This document shows, piece by piece, positions 25,532-33,868 of a stretch of DNA of 40,145 nt; the first letter of the stretch is position 1; each line of letters opens with the position of its first letter. The translations under genes were made by a program, and so were the position numbers. Origin of the DNA: a virus (Duplodnaviria; Caudoviricetes); IMG/VR virus record IMGVR_UViG_3300037310_000057, positions 1-40,145 of that record; one strand, given 5' to 3'. The notes beneath the pieces were generated by a model. That model did no database searches. It was given only the letters and a program-made list of their open reading frames with translations, and was not told where the DNA came from.

Positions 25532-25782
25532 TTGGCTTGGTCCTCCGTGGCGACCATTGCCAATGCGGGGGATGCGGCCTGTATTTCAACAGCACCCTTG
25601 CCTTTGACAAGCACCGCACCGGCAGGCGCGGCATAGACCGCGGTTGCCGCAGCGCAACAGAGATGATCCAAATAGGAATGGTTCTCAAACCTAACGGCTT
25701 TTGGATCAGCGCCGCAGATTCAAGGCGCGGCGCAAAATCGAGCCTTGCCGTACTAGCCTCCGGCGGCGATCTGCCCGCCTAG
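25528..25782 (+). CDS. FDXHR-family putative zinc-binding protein
   Basis: CQCGGC..YFNS..AFDKHRTG...C. Confidence 0.78.
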   Translation: MIGLVLRGDHCQCGGCGLYFNSTLAFDKHRTGRRGIDRGCRSATEMIQIGMVLKPNGFWISAADSRRGAKSSLAVLASGGDLPA

Positions 25783-25914
25783 CATCACAGTTAGGCGTTA
25801 AAAGGGGTATCGCTTGGCCCATCCTGCCCTGATTAAGTCGCAAACTACCCTATTTAGCGTTTTTAGGCGGCCCCTCGGGGCGCCTTCCCGCTACTCCGCC
25901 TTGGGGCATTACGG

Positions 25915-26406
25915 TTGAGCCTTCCTTGGTTCCGCATGTACGCCCGCTTCGTGACTGATCCCGTAGTCGAGGAGCTGTCATTCGAGGACCAGCGGCACTA
26001 CGTCTTTTTGCTCTGCCTCAAATGCGACGGGCTACTCGACAAGGAGTTTCCTGATCCCGCAATGCGGGAACGAGCGATCGCTAGACGCCTGGGCTTGCAG
26101 GGCGAGGCGTTCCAGTTTGCCCATGACCGGCTTATAGCGTCCGGCCTGATAGATGCAGACTGGCATCCCAAGTCGTGGGATGACCTGCAATTCAAGTCGG
26201 ATAGCAGCCGAGACAGGCAGCGTAAATGGCGGGAACGTCACCGTAACGTCACCGTGACGGCGCAAGATGAAGATAAAGATGAAGATAAAGAGAATATAAA
26301 GAAAAAGAATTCAGAGGCGCAAAAAGCGCCTTCCAAAAACTCCAAAGCGGACCAGCTGCGTAGCCAGGTAGTCACGTTTACGGCATCCCACAAGGTTTCT
26401 CGATAG
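25915..26406 (+). CDS. Phage replication initiator (replisome organizer-like N-terminal domain), short
   Basis: LPWFRMY...DP, FLLCL, SWDDLQFKSDSSRDRQRKWRER, then NVTVT and DEDKDEDKE linker typical of lambda O-type proteins. Confidence 0.75.
   Translation: MSLPWFRMYARFVTDPVVEELSFEDQRHYVFLLCLKCDGLLDKEFPDPAMRERAIARRLGLQGEAFQFAHDRLIASGLIDADWHPKSWDDLQFKSDSSRDRQRKWRERHRNVTVTAQDEDKDEDKENIKKKNSEAQKAPSKNSKADQLRSQVVTFTASHKVSR
26236..26310. other. Candidate replication origin inside the initiator gene
   Basis: CGTCACCGT x2 (26236-26256), GATGAAGATAAA x2 and an adjacent A-rich tract, matching lambdoid ori placement. Confidence 0.4.
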
Positions 26407-26414
26407 GAGGCCCC

Positions 26415-26708
26415 ATGCGCGAAGTCACGATCCAAGTCTGCAAGCACGACCACGATGGGGTGCTAACCCTGCGCTGGCTGGGGCGTCACCTGTTCCCCGG
26501 CGAACTGGTAGAGGTCAGCGGGGCCGAAACCTGCGCGCTGGTCCTGACTGGGGAGCGCGCGGACTACGTCATGGACCTGTTGCGAACGGCTACGGACGAT
26601 CCGGCGTTTGAGAATTTCGGCGGCTGGAAAGCGCGTAACGAGGACCAAGGGGAACTGAGTCTCAACGATTACGCCGAGGACGCGCCCATTCGGGCGACGG
26701 CGGGCTGA
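26415..26708 (+). CDS. Hypothetical protein
   Basis: AGGAGG RBS, ATG start. Confidence 0.75.
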   Translation: MREVTIQVCKHDHDGVLTLRWLGRHLFPGELVEVSGAETCALVLTGERADYVMDLLRTATDDPAFENFGGWKARNEDQGELSLNDYAEDAPIRATAG

Positions 26709-26941
26709 TGGGAACCTTTGCGCCGGTTGATCCGCGACAGGAGGCGATCGACTGCCTGCGTAGTGACGGGCCGCTATCCGATCCGCGTTACCTGACGCCG
26801 AACAAGGCCGCAGAGGCCGAGAAGCGACTCAAGGAGCGGTGCCGGAAATGCTGGGCGCTGCGAAAGCATTTCCCGGCGTGGCTCGAATGGTGGATCGCGA
26901 AGTGGTCGGGTGAGGGCAAGTCGAAGGACTGGGCCGCATGA
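26708..26941 (+). CDS. Hypothetical protein
   Basis: Coupled overlaps on both sides. Confidence 0.65.
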   Translation: MGTFAPVDPRQEAIDCLRSDGPLSDPRYLTPNKAAEAEKRLKERCRKCWALRKHFPAWLEWWIAKWSGEGKSKDWAA

Positions 26942-27360
26942 GCGCAGCAATGGATTACTTGACGTTCATCGCCAACAAGACCCCGAAAGCCTTAGAGCGT
27001 GGGCTATCAAGGATTCCGAACATTTCGGAGTCCCTGTTTCCGTTTCAGCGCCATTGCGCTGAGTTCCTTTTGCGGGTCGGGTCGGGCGGGTTGTTTCTCG
27101 ATACCGGGCTCGGGAAAACCCTGGTTCAGTTGGAGTATGCCGAGCACGCCAGGAATGCTGACAACGGCAAGGCGCTGATTCTCTGGAGCAATCCAGGCGA
27201 TACGGTTCTTTCCCCATTTATGGGAATTGGGAGCGAGGGGTATCAATCAATCAGGGCCCGACGAAAGTTCATTGGCATCGAATTGAAGCGGGAATATTGG
27301 CGGCAGGCTTGCGAGAACCTGAAGGGAGCGGCAGGCCAGGCCGATATGTTTGCGGCATGA
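26938..27360 (+). pseudogene. In-frame deletion fusion of a SNF2-type helicase N-terminus and an N4/N6 DNA methyltransferase C-terminus
   Basis: LFPFQ...GLFLDTGLGKT...KALIL joins directly to WSNPGDTVLSPFMGIGSEGY...FIGIELK; the DExH helicase motifs and the SPP(F/Y) catalytic motif are absent. Confidence 0.8.
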
Positions 27361-27632
27361 CGCCCCGCTTCGAGGTCGGTGAGATTTGCATTTTGCAACA
27401 CGCCGCGCAGTACAACGGCCTGGAGGTGATGGTGGTCGGTGCGCTGTGCTGGCGCCCTATCTTGCGATTGAACGGAATCGTTGAGCGTTGCGAGTGTTAC
27501 GTCGTGGATTTATGTGGAGAGGGCCGCGCTGCAGCGCCATTCCAGTTACGCAAGCGCAGACCCCCGCGCGAGGACTTGGCGAAGGTGAGCTGGAGGTCGT
27601 GTCCGTGGAAACCGAGCGCGGTGAAGGCATGA
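27357..27632 (+). CDS. Hypothetical protein (SH3-like barrel pattern)
   Basis: Start re-called at ATG 27357; RFEVGEICIL...QLRKRRPP. Confidence 0.7.
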   Translation: MTPRFEVGEICILQHAAQYNGLEVMVVGALCWRPILRLNGIVERCECYVVDLCGEGRAAAPFQLRKRRPPREDLAKVSWRSCPWKPSAVKA

Positions 27633-27982
27633 GTACGCACGTCACGAAGGGCGAGTTGACGGATTCTGTAGGCCGGACGTTCAGCTATCACCAAGCCTCG
27701 ATATTCGACCTGCCTCCGGCCTTTCGAGCGTCCGATCCGATCACCTCCAAGATTGCTGGTCGCAAGCAGGAGCGAAGCAGCAGGTGCGCGCAGATGCGTC
27801 GTGACATCCTCGCCATTCTCGCCACGCGAGGGATGACCTCGGCCGAGCTTGAGCGGCTTCCGCAATGGACAGACGCAAAGCCGAGCACGGTCAGAAAGCG
27901 CGTCTCGGAACTTCTGCACCAGGGGAAGGTGCGGTCTATCGGCATCAAGGAAGGCGGGAATATCTGGGCGGCGGTGCCGTGA
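27629..27982 (+). CDS. Winged-HTH protein
   Basis: Start re-called at ATG 27629; FRASDPITS..A, GMTSAEL, STVRKRVSELLHQGKV. Confidence 0.75.
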   Translation: MSTHVTKGELTDSVGRTFSYHQASIFDLPPAFRASDPITSKIAGRKQERSSRCAQMRRDILAILATRGMTSAELERLPQWTDAKPSTVRKRVSELLHQGKVRSIGIKEGGNIWAAVP

Positions 27983-28284
27983 TGCCGCAATTCAGTCCAG
28001 TCTTCGACGTGTTTTTAGCCTTGCTTGCGATCCTCTGCATCGTGGCCGGGGCCGCCGTTCCCGCGCCTCCGACACTGCGGGCGTACCTGGTGATATTCGG
28101 GACGATTCTGCTTGGCTATCAACTGACGCGCATCTACATCGCGCTTCATCTGCTCGAGCGCCGCGCAACCCTGTTCGATCCCGAGCCGGGGGGCGGTAAG
28201 GAGGCCCGCGAAACCGACTGGCCGCAGGAAGTGAAGGACATGCCCGACTACGAGAACGTGAGGCCCATCAGGAGGGCGGCGTAA
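27982..28284 (+). CDS. Two-TM membrane protein
   Basis: Start re-called at ATG 27982; two hydrophobic segments. Confidence 0.65.
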   Translation: MPQFSPVFDVFLALLAILCIVAGAAVPAPPTLRAYLVIFGTILLGYQLTRIYIALHLLERRATLFDPEPGGGKEARETDWPQEVKDMPDYENVRPIRRAA

Positions 28285-28469
28285 TGACAACACTGGCAGA
28301 GCTGCGCGCCAAACTGGCAGATCAGGGCATCACGCTGACGGTCATCCGGGCATTTCACGCCACAGTCAGGAAGGGCATCGTTTACCGGCAGGACCCGCCA
28401 AAGAACACGATCCTGCGAAGCGGCATGACACTAACCCTCTGGATCAGTAAGGGGAAAAAACCGGGATGA
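28284..28469 (+). CDS. Stand-alone PASTA-like mini-protein
   Basis: LAELRAKLADQGITL......HATVRKGIVYRQDPPKNTILRSGMTLTLWISKG matches the PASTA consensus minus its first strand. Confidence 0.72.
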   Translation: MTTLAELRAKLADQGITLTVIRAFHATVRKGIVYRQDPPKNTILRSGMTLTLWISKGKKPG

Positions 28470-28639
28470 CACGCTGTATGTCGATCGATAAGCAGGTGAA
28501 GGTGATTAGCAAGGCCAAGCGTCTGGTGAATTATGGCTTCACTCGCGAGGGCGCGATTCTGGCCTGTCTGGAGTATTACCAGTGCGTTGCGGACAAGCCG
28601 AGAACGCTCAATCGGTTTTTACGATTGTGGGAAACGTGA
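28466..28639 (+). CDS. Small hypothetical protein (not in the ORF track)
   Basis: My translation: MTRCMSIDKQVKVISKAKRLVNYGFTREGAILACLEYYQ...LWET*; 4-bp overlaps with both neighbours. Confidence 0.55.
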   Translation: MTRCMSIDKQVKVISKAKRLVNYGFTREGAILACLEYYQCVADKPRTLNRFLRLWET

Positions 28640-28806
28640 AGAAGGGGAGGCCGCGCAAGTTGTCCTCCTATCGCGAGCGCGTGATGCTGGAGGAGGTCCG
28701 CATGTCGCGGTACTTTAGCCCCAAGAAAATCAGGGAGCGTTATGGATTGTCGCAGCAGGCATTCAGCAAGTATTTGGCACGCGCCTATGATGAAGGCCGC
28801 TTGTGA
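28636..28806 (+). CDS. Small HTH DNA-binding protein
   Basis: GTG 28636; GRPRKLS...SPKKIRERYGLSQQAFSKYL. Confidence 0.65.
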   Translation: MKKGRPRKLSSYRERVMLEEVRMSRYFSPKKIRERYGLSQQAFSKYLARAYDEGRL

Positions 28807-29228
28807 GGCGCCATCTTGAGGACGACGAGGCGATGGCGCTGATGCAGTGGGCGGCTGTCACGTTCTACGCCGGAGAGCCGATCGCGAATCACCTGGTCCA
28901 CGTTCCAAACGGCGGCAAGCGCAACGCACGGGAGGCCGGAAGATTACGGCGCATGGGTGTCAAGGCGGGATACCCGGACTACATCCTCGACATCATGCGG
29001 CCCGAAGAGGGCACGAACAGAATCCTTGGCGGCATGAGAATCGAACTCAAGGCGCAACGCGAAGTCGGATATGGGCCCAGAGCCACGGACCTTCAGCTTG
29101 AGCAGCTCAACCGCCTGTCGCTTCAGGGATACAGGGCTGTCGTGGCGTACGGCTGGGTGACCGCGGCCGGACTGATTTGCGAGTACCTGGGCATCCGATT
29201 CAACGCGCCATGCAGACCATCGAGCTGA
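28803..29228 (+). CDS. VRR-NUC family nuclease
   Basis: HVPNGGKRNAREAGRLRRMGVKAGYPD, IELKA, Q......L...GY..VVAYG. Confidence 0.88.
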   Translation: MRRHLEDDEAMALMQWAAVTFYAGEPIANHLVHVPNGGKRNAREAGRLRRMGVKAGYPDYILDIMRPEEGTNRILGGMRIELKAQREVGYGPRATDLQLEQLNRLSLQGYRAVVAYGWVTAAGLICEYLGIRFNAPCRPSS

Positions 29229-29515
29229 TCCGGCTGCGACTGCGTTCATGTTCATACACCTTCGATGAATTGGAGGCGTGGATGCGCCGGAGGCGACCAA
29301 GAGTGATGCGCGAGGCTTTGGGCGTCCTGCTACTCAAACTCAAGCGTCAAGGTCGGGTGCGGATCATCAACGGACGATGGGAGTATTGCCGCCCGATCAT
29401 TCTGAGGCTCGGGCCGAGACCTCCCGTCAATGTCCTGCCATTCAGGAAGCGGGTCAAACCCTTCCGGTATTCGAGCCAACCCCCGTTCGATGAAGACGAG
29501 GAGGAGATCGCGTGA
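29210..29515 (+). CDS. Basic hypothetical protein (winged-helix-like)
   Basis: ATG 29210; LLKLKRQGRVRIINGRW; coupled to the next gene. Confidence 0.6.
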   Translation: MQTIELIRLRLRSCSYTFDELEAWMRRRRPRVMREALGVLLLKLKRQGRVRIINGRWEYCRPIILRLGPRPPVNVLPFRKRVKPFRYSSQPPFDEDEEEIA

Positions 29516-30081
29516 CTCCCGAAATGCTCATCACGTTGACGGCCGGTCGCAGCATCCCGCCGTTTAGAGTGCCCGGTTCGGGTAGGCCCTATTGGACTGT
29601 TGCCGAAGCGGGCCACGCGTGCGCCCACCTCGAGCCCGAGATTCTGGCGGCGATGCTCTACAGCTTCGCCGGAGCCCCAGACACTTTCGCTGACGAGGAT
29701 TGTGTCCCGAAGACCCTGCGCTTGCGACTGTCTGCCTTTGGCCAAGCCATGCGGCCAGAGATGCGATGGGCCACGACGGTACCCCATACGGTCGGGCCGA
29801 GGGGGGAATACTTCGATGAACTGGCCCAGATAGCCTTGCTGGAAGAGCGTCAGCCGTGGCGGTTCCGAACTACGAACGGGGACGGCACCCTCCCTGCGGG
29901 CCGCCCGCCGACGATCAGTCCGTTCTATCTTGCAATCGCGCGAGTCAGCGAGGGAACATGGCGGAAGCACCTGCACGACCCCTATGCCGCGCTGCGCTGG
30001 CGATACATCACTTGGTTGAGCATCGGGAAGTCGCACATGCTCAGGTGGATGCGTCAGCGCGGCGCGTCCGTATGTGCTTGA
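29512..30081 (+). CDS. Putative late-gene regulator (Q antiterminator position)
   Basis: GAGGAG RBS; last early gene before a promoter-terminator pair; C-terminal HTH-like IARVSEGTWRKH; function inferred mainly from position. Confidence 0.5.
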   Translation: MTPEMLITLTAGRSIPPFRVPGSGRPYWTVAEAGHACAHLEPEILAAMLYSFAGAPDTFADEDCVPKTLRLRLSAFGQAMRPEMRWATTVPHTVGPRGEYFDELAQIALLEERQPWRFRTTNGDGTLPAGRPPTISPFYLAIARVSEGTWRKHLHDPYAALRWRYITWLSIGKSHMLRWMRQRGASVCA

Positions 30082-30086
30082 AGGTA

Positions 30087-30115
30087 TTGCAATCACCTCG
30101 GATATTCAGTATCTT
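30087..30115 (+). promoter_or_regulatory. Candidate late promoter (pR'-like)
   Basis: TTGCAA-17bp-TATCTT directly after the Q-position gene. Confidence 0.6.
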
Positions 30116-30154
30116 TTACTAACCTTGGGGAAACTCCCCCGAGAGGATTGAGAG

Positions 30155-30184
30155 AAGCCCGCCGCGAGCGGGCTTTTTTGTTTT
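30155..30184 (+). terminator. Rho-independent terminator (tR'-like)
   Basis: AAGCCCGC-cgcga-GCGGGCTT followed by TTTTGTTTT. Confidence 0.85.
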
Positions 30185-30192
30185 GCGCGCAG

Positions 30193-30294
30193 ACCAGGCG
30201 AGCGTTCCGCCACGCGGGCGGGCGGCCCCCGAGACCGTGAGGGCTGAACGGCAGGCGTCAGGACGACAATTCCTGCAATCCTGACCCGCCTGGT
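30193..30294 (+). ncRNA. Candidate structured RNA in the late leader
   Basis: Nested complementary pairs ACCAGGCG/CGCCTGGT, CGTTC/GAACG and GTCAGGA/TCCTGAC in a non-coding stretch. Confidence 0.4.
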
Positions 30295-30376
30295 TCTCCA
30301 TACCGAGCGTCGAGAGACGTCGCCGCTTCCCCTCCCTGAGCGGCGGCTGATCGCTGCATCCCCAGCGTGAGGCACT

Positions 30377-30414
30377 GGCCCCGGATCGGGAACGGTTCGG
30401 GGCCTTTCTGTTTT
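30377..30414 (+). terminator. Second terminator-like hairpin before the first late gene
   Basis: GGCCCCGGA...TTCGGGGCC followed by TTTCTGTTTT. Confidence 0.6.
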
Positions 30415-30432
30415 CGCAACCGAGGAGCCTGA

Positions 30433-32928
30433 GTGGCTGATAACACCACCATCAATGCGGGGTCGGGCGGCGACACGATCGCGACCGATGACATTGGCGG
30501 CGTCAAGTACCAGCGGGTGAAACTCTCGCTTGGGGCCGATGGGTCAGCCAGTGACGCGCCCATCGGCGGGGGCGTCGAGTCCGGGGCGCTGCGGGTTACG
30601 CTTGCCAGCAATTCGACGGGTGTAATTGCGGTCACTGACAACGCCGGTTCGTTAACGGTTGATGGCTCGGTCAGTATTGGCGCGGCGCTCCCGGCCGGCG
30701 ATAACAACATCGGCAACGTTGACATCGTCACGATGCCCGCTTTGTCCGCCGGTACTAACAACATCGGCGACGTTGACGTGTTGACGGTCCCGGCCCCGCT
30801 GTCCACGACGGGCGGAGGCACCGAGGCAACCGCGCTTCGTGTCACTTTAGCGAACGATTCGACCGGCCTTGTTTCGGTTGACGACAACGGCGGATCTCTG
30901 ACTGTTGACGGCTCTGTGAGCCTCGCCGGCGCCATCCCTGCCGGGTCGAACAACATCGGGGATGTTGATGTCCTGAGCCTGCCGGCCTTACCGGCTGGTT
31001 CAAACAACATCGGGGACGTGGATGTTCTCTCCGTGGTTCCCGGCACGGGCGCGACGAACCTTGGCAAAGCCGTCGATGCTGCTGCTGGCAGCACGGACAC
31101 CGGCGTTGCGCCGCTTGCGGTTCGGGACGATTCGTTATCCGCGCTGACCCCGGCTGAGGGCGACTACGTTCCCCTGCGGGTCAATTCGCAAGGCGCCTTG
31201 CACGTCACTGGTGGCGGCGGCGGGACGCAGTACAACATCGACGATGTTGCCTCTGCGACCGCAACCGGCAATGTCGCGCTGGTGGTCCGCAAAGATTCTG
31301 CGGCATCTCTGGCCGGCACGGATGGAGACATCAGCGCGCTGCAGGTAGACGCCAATGGCGCCTTGCGGGTGACGGGCGGCGGTGGCGGGACGGAGTACAC
31401 CGAAGACGCTGCGGCAGCCGCAGACCCGGTTGGTAACGCGCTCATCATGGTGCGCGATGACGCGCTTTCCGGGCAGACCAGCGCGGATGGCGATAACGTC
31501 GCGGCCCGAGGAACCGACAAGGGCGAGCTCTACGTCAAGCATGTAGACGCGATCCCGGTCACGGATAACGCCGGTTCGCTGACGGTAGACGGGACCGTTA
31601 CTGCGAACCTTGCGGCCGGCACGAACAACATTGGTGACGTGGATGTTTTGAGCGTTCCGGCGCCGCTTTCGACCAGCGGCGGAGGCACGGAAGCATCCGC
31701 GCTCCGGGTCACCATTGCCAACGATTCGACTGGCGTCGTCAGCATCGACGACAATGGTGCGTCGATCACCGTCGATGGAACGGTCGGGCTTGCGGCCGGA
31801 ACAAACAATATCGGCGACGTGGACGTGCTCACGTTGCCAAACGTGACCCTTGCCGCTGGTACAAACACCAACGAAGTGGTAGGCGACGCGGCGCACGATG
31901 CTGCGGTTGCAGGCAATCCGCTGCTGCAGGGCGGATATGCCAGCGCCGCCGCTCCTTCGGATGTCTCCGCCGATGGCGACGTTGTTCGCTCCTGGCACCT
32001 ACGCAACGGCGCACAAGCCACAGTTATCACGGCGGCCGGCGCTTTGGTCGGGGGTGACGCGACCAATGGGCTTGACGTAGACGTTACCAGGCTTCCATCG
32101 GGAACTGTGGCTGGAGCCGCGAGCCTGCCTGCCGGCACGAATAATATCGGTGACGTTGATGTACTAACGGTACCAGCGCCCCTTTCTACGACGGGCGGAG
32201 GCACCGAGGCAACCGCGCTTCGCGTCACTTTAGCCAGCGACTCTACCGGCCTTGTTTCGGTTGACGACAACGGCGGATCGCTGACTGTTGATGGAACCGT
32301 TACCGCAAACCTTGCGGCCGGTACTAACAACATAGGCGATGTTGATGTTCTATCCATAGCCGCCGGCGATAACAACATCGGCAACGTGGACATCGTCACG
32401 ATGCCCAACGTCACGCTTGCCGCCGGGACCAATACCAATGAGGTAGTTGGAGACGCCGCCCACGATGCTGCTGCGGCCGGGAATCCGGTTCTCATTGGCG
32501 CGCAGATGGAGACACCGGCCGACTCCGCCCCCGGGACCAGGGCGAGCGCGGACGGGGACGCCAACAAGATCGCGACTCTCGATGGCGCTGTATTTACGAT
32601 CCCTGGCAGTCCGCAGCAGTGGAGCGCCAGACTCACCGGGTCCATGACCGATACCACCGTGAAGTCCGCGCCTGGTGCGGGACTTTCCCTGTACATCACG
32701 TCTATCGTGTATTCCATCGGCGCGGCCACCGCTTCCTCGATCCTGCTCGAGGAAAGCACAACCACGGCCAAGTTTGGCCCGCACTACCTTGAAGCAATAA
32801 ACGGCCGCGGATTGGCAGTCACCTTTGCGGTGCCGATCAAGATCGCGGCGAACACGCTGTTGTCTGCTACTAACACGGGCTCGACGACAGCCACTCTGGA
32901 CGTGTACGGATTCACGGCTCCAGGCTGA
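30433..32928 (+). CDS. Large repeat-rich fibre-like virion protein
   Basis: GAGGAG RBS; 9 copies of AG(T/S/D)NNIG(D/N)VD(V/I) and 3 copies of VPAPLST.GGGTEA.ALRVT.A.DSTG.VS.DDNG; beta-rich C-terminal domain. Confidence 0.75.
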   Translation: MADNTTINAGSGGDTIATDDIGGVKYQRVKLSLGADGSASDAPIGGGVESGALRVTLASNSTGVIAVTDNAGSLTVDGSVSIGAALPAGDNNIGNVDIVTMPALSAGTNNIGDVDVLTVPAPLSTTGGGTEATALRVTLANDSTGLVSVDDNGGSLTVDGSVSLAGAIPAGSNNIGDVDVLSLPALPAGSNNIGDVDVLSVVPGTGATNLGKAVDAAAGSTDTGVAPLAVRDDSLSALTPAEGDYVPLRVNSQGALHVTGGGGGTQYNIDDVASATATGNVALVVRKDSAASLAGTDGDISALQVDANGALRVTGGGGGTEYTEDAAAAADPVGNALIMVRDDALSGQTSADGDNVAARGTDKGELYVKHVDAIPVTDNAGSLTVDGTVTANLAAGTNNIGDVDVLSVPAPLSTSGGGTEASALRVTIANDSTGVVSIDDNGASITVDGTVGLAAGTNNIGDVDVLTLPNVTLAAGTNTNEVVGDAAHDAAVAGNPLLQGGYASAAAPSDVSADGDVVRSWHLRNGAQATVITAAGALVGGDATNGLDVDVTRLPSGTVAGAASLPAGTNNIGDVDVLTVPAPLSTTGGGTEATALRVTLASDSTGLVSVDDNGGSLTVDGTVTANLAAGTNNIGDVDVLSIAAGDNNIGNVDIVTMPNVTLAAGTNTNEVVGDAAHDAAAAGNPVLIGAQMETPADSAPGTRASADGDANKIATLDGAVFTIPGSPQQWSARLTGSMTDTTVKSAPGAGLSLYITSIVYSIGAATASSILLEESTTTAKFGPHYLEAINGRGLAVTFAVPIKIAANTLLSATNTGSTTATLDVYGFTAPG

Positions 32929-33143
32929 TGACAGTTTGGGTGATTCAACGTGACGATGGGGTAGTCACGGACGGACCGCGCCGGGTGAATGGCGACGGCG
33001 ATGATCTGGAAATACTGCGTCGCAAGTACGAGGGAGCAAGCGTCAAGGGCTGGATAGTCGAATTGGGCGACTTGTCTTTTACGGCCCGCAAGGTCAGGGG
33101 AATGAATCCCAGGATGTGCGAGCGCAAGTTCTGGATTGAATAA
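32928..33143 (+). CDS. Hypothetical protein (possible fibre chaperone)
   Basis: TGATG/TAATG coupling on both sides. Confidence 0.7.
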   Translation: MTVWVIQRDDGVVTDGPRRVNGDGDDLEILRRKYEGASVKGWIVELGDLSFTARKVRGMNPRMCERKFWIE

Positions 33144-33865
33144 TGGCCGTTGCCCACGACGCCGCATCGGAATCTGCGGTCAGCACCAGCGCGAGCTCGT
33201 TCTCGTGGACGCATACGCCGAGCGGAACGCCTCGGGCTGCCGTAGTAGGCGTGCTGTCTATTCAGAGCACGGGAGACGATACTTCCGTCACCTATGGCGG
33301 TGTGTCTATGACCGCCGTTTCGTACACGGGCGCCGACACGGATACCGAGCCTGGTTTCATCCGGGTGTATTTCTTGGACAACGTCTCATCGGGCGCGCAG
33401 ACGATTCAGGTGAACCGGGTCAACGATTCCACGCAAATGATCGGGTTTGCGGCGACCGTGACAGCATCGGGCCCGTGCGAAGTGTACGAACCGGGGATAG
33501 TGACCCGCGGCGGCTCAAGCACAAATACAGGCGCCTCGACAAGCGGAACTGGGACCGGCGCAAGCGGCGAGAGCAGCGTAACAGACGGTTCGCCCGGGAC
33601 GGATAGCCAGCGTTACGGCTGGTTCTATACTGGCGGAGCCACGCCCCTCGGGGCTGGAACCAACAGCACAAGTCTCAACACGCATGACTTTACAGCGTTT
33701 GGCATCACGCATGTCCGAGAGACAACGGCGGGACAGGGAAGCAGGAGCGTAGGCGTCGCAACGGGCACGACGGATGATACTGCGGCCGTATTTCTTGCCA
33801 TTCGCGAAGTTCCTGCCGCGCCGCCTCCTGTTTCTGGCTGGTACGGCACCAACGCAGGCTGGTGA
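33143..33865 (+). CDS. Beta-sandwich putative virion decoration protein
   Basis: MAVAHDAAS, SFSWTHTPSG, SVTYGGVSMT; Ser/Thr/Gly-rich; Pro linker plus aromatic tail GWYGTNAGW. Confidence 0.7.
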   Translation: MAVAHDAASESAVSTSASSFSWTHTPSGTPRAAVVGVLSIQSTGDDTSVTYGGVSMTAVSYTGADTDTEPGFIRVYFLDNVSSGAQTIQVNRVNDSTQMIGFAATVTASGPCEVYEPGIVTRGGSSTNTGASTSGTGTGASGESSVTDGSPGTDSQRYGWFYTGGATPLGAGTNSTSLNTHDFTAFGITHVRETTAGQGSRSVGVATGTTDDTAAVFLAIREVPAAPPPVSGWYGTNAGW

Positions 33866-33868
33866 TTC

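Noticed and set aside
30193-30255. HDV-like/theta ribozyme or tRNA in the late leader
   Set aside because: I could not build a canonical P1/P3/L3 with proper lengths, and there is no cloverleaf or T-loop. It is kept only as a generic structured RNA candidate.
30690-32470. Repeats as a CRISPR array or DGR template/variable repeats
   Set aside because: The repeats are in-frame coding units that differ at synonymous positions; there are no unique spacers, no adenine-specific variation and no reverse transcriptase gene.
30258-32771. Long minus-strand ORFs (280, 287 and 413 aa)
   Set aside because: Antisense shadows of the GC-rich repetitive fibre gene, with no RBS or domain signal.
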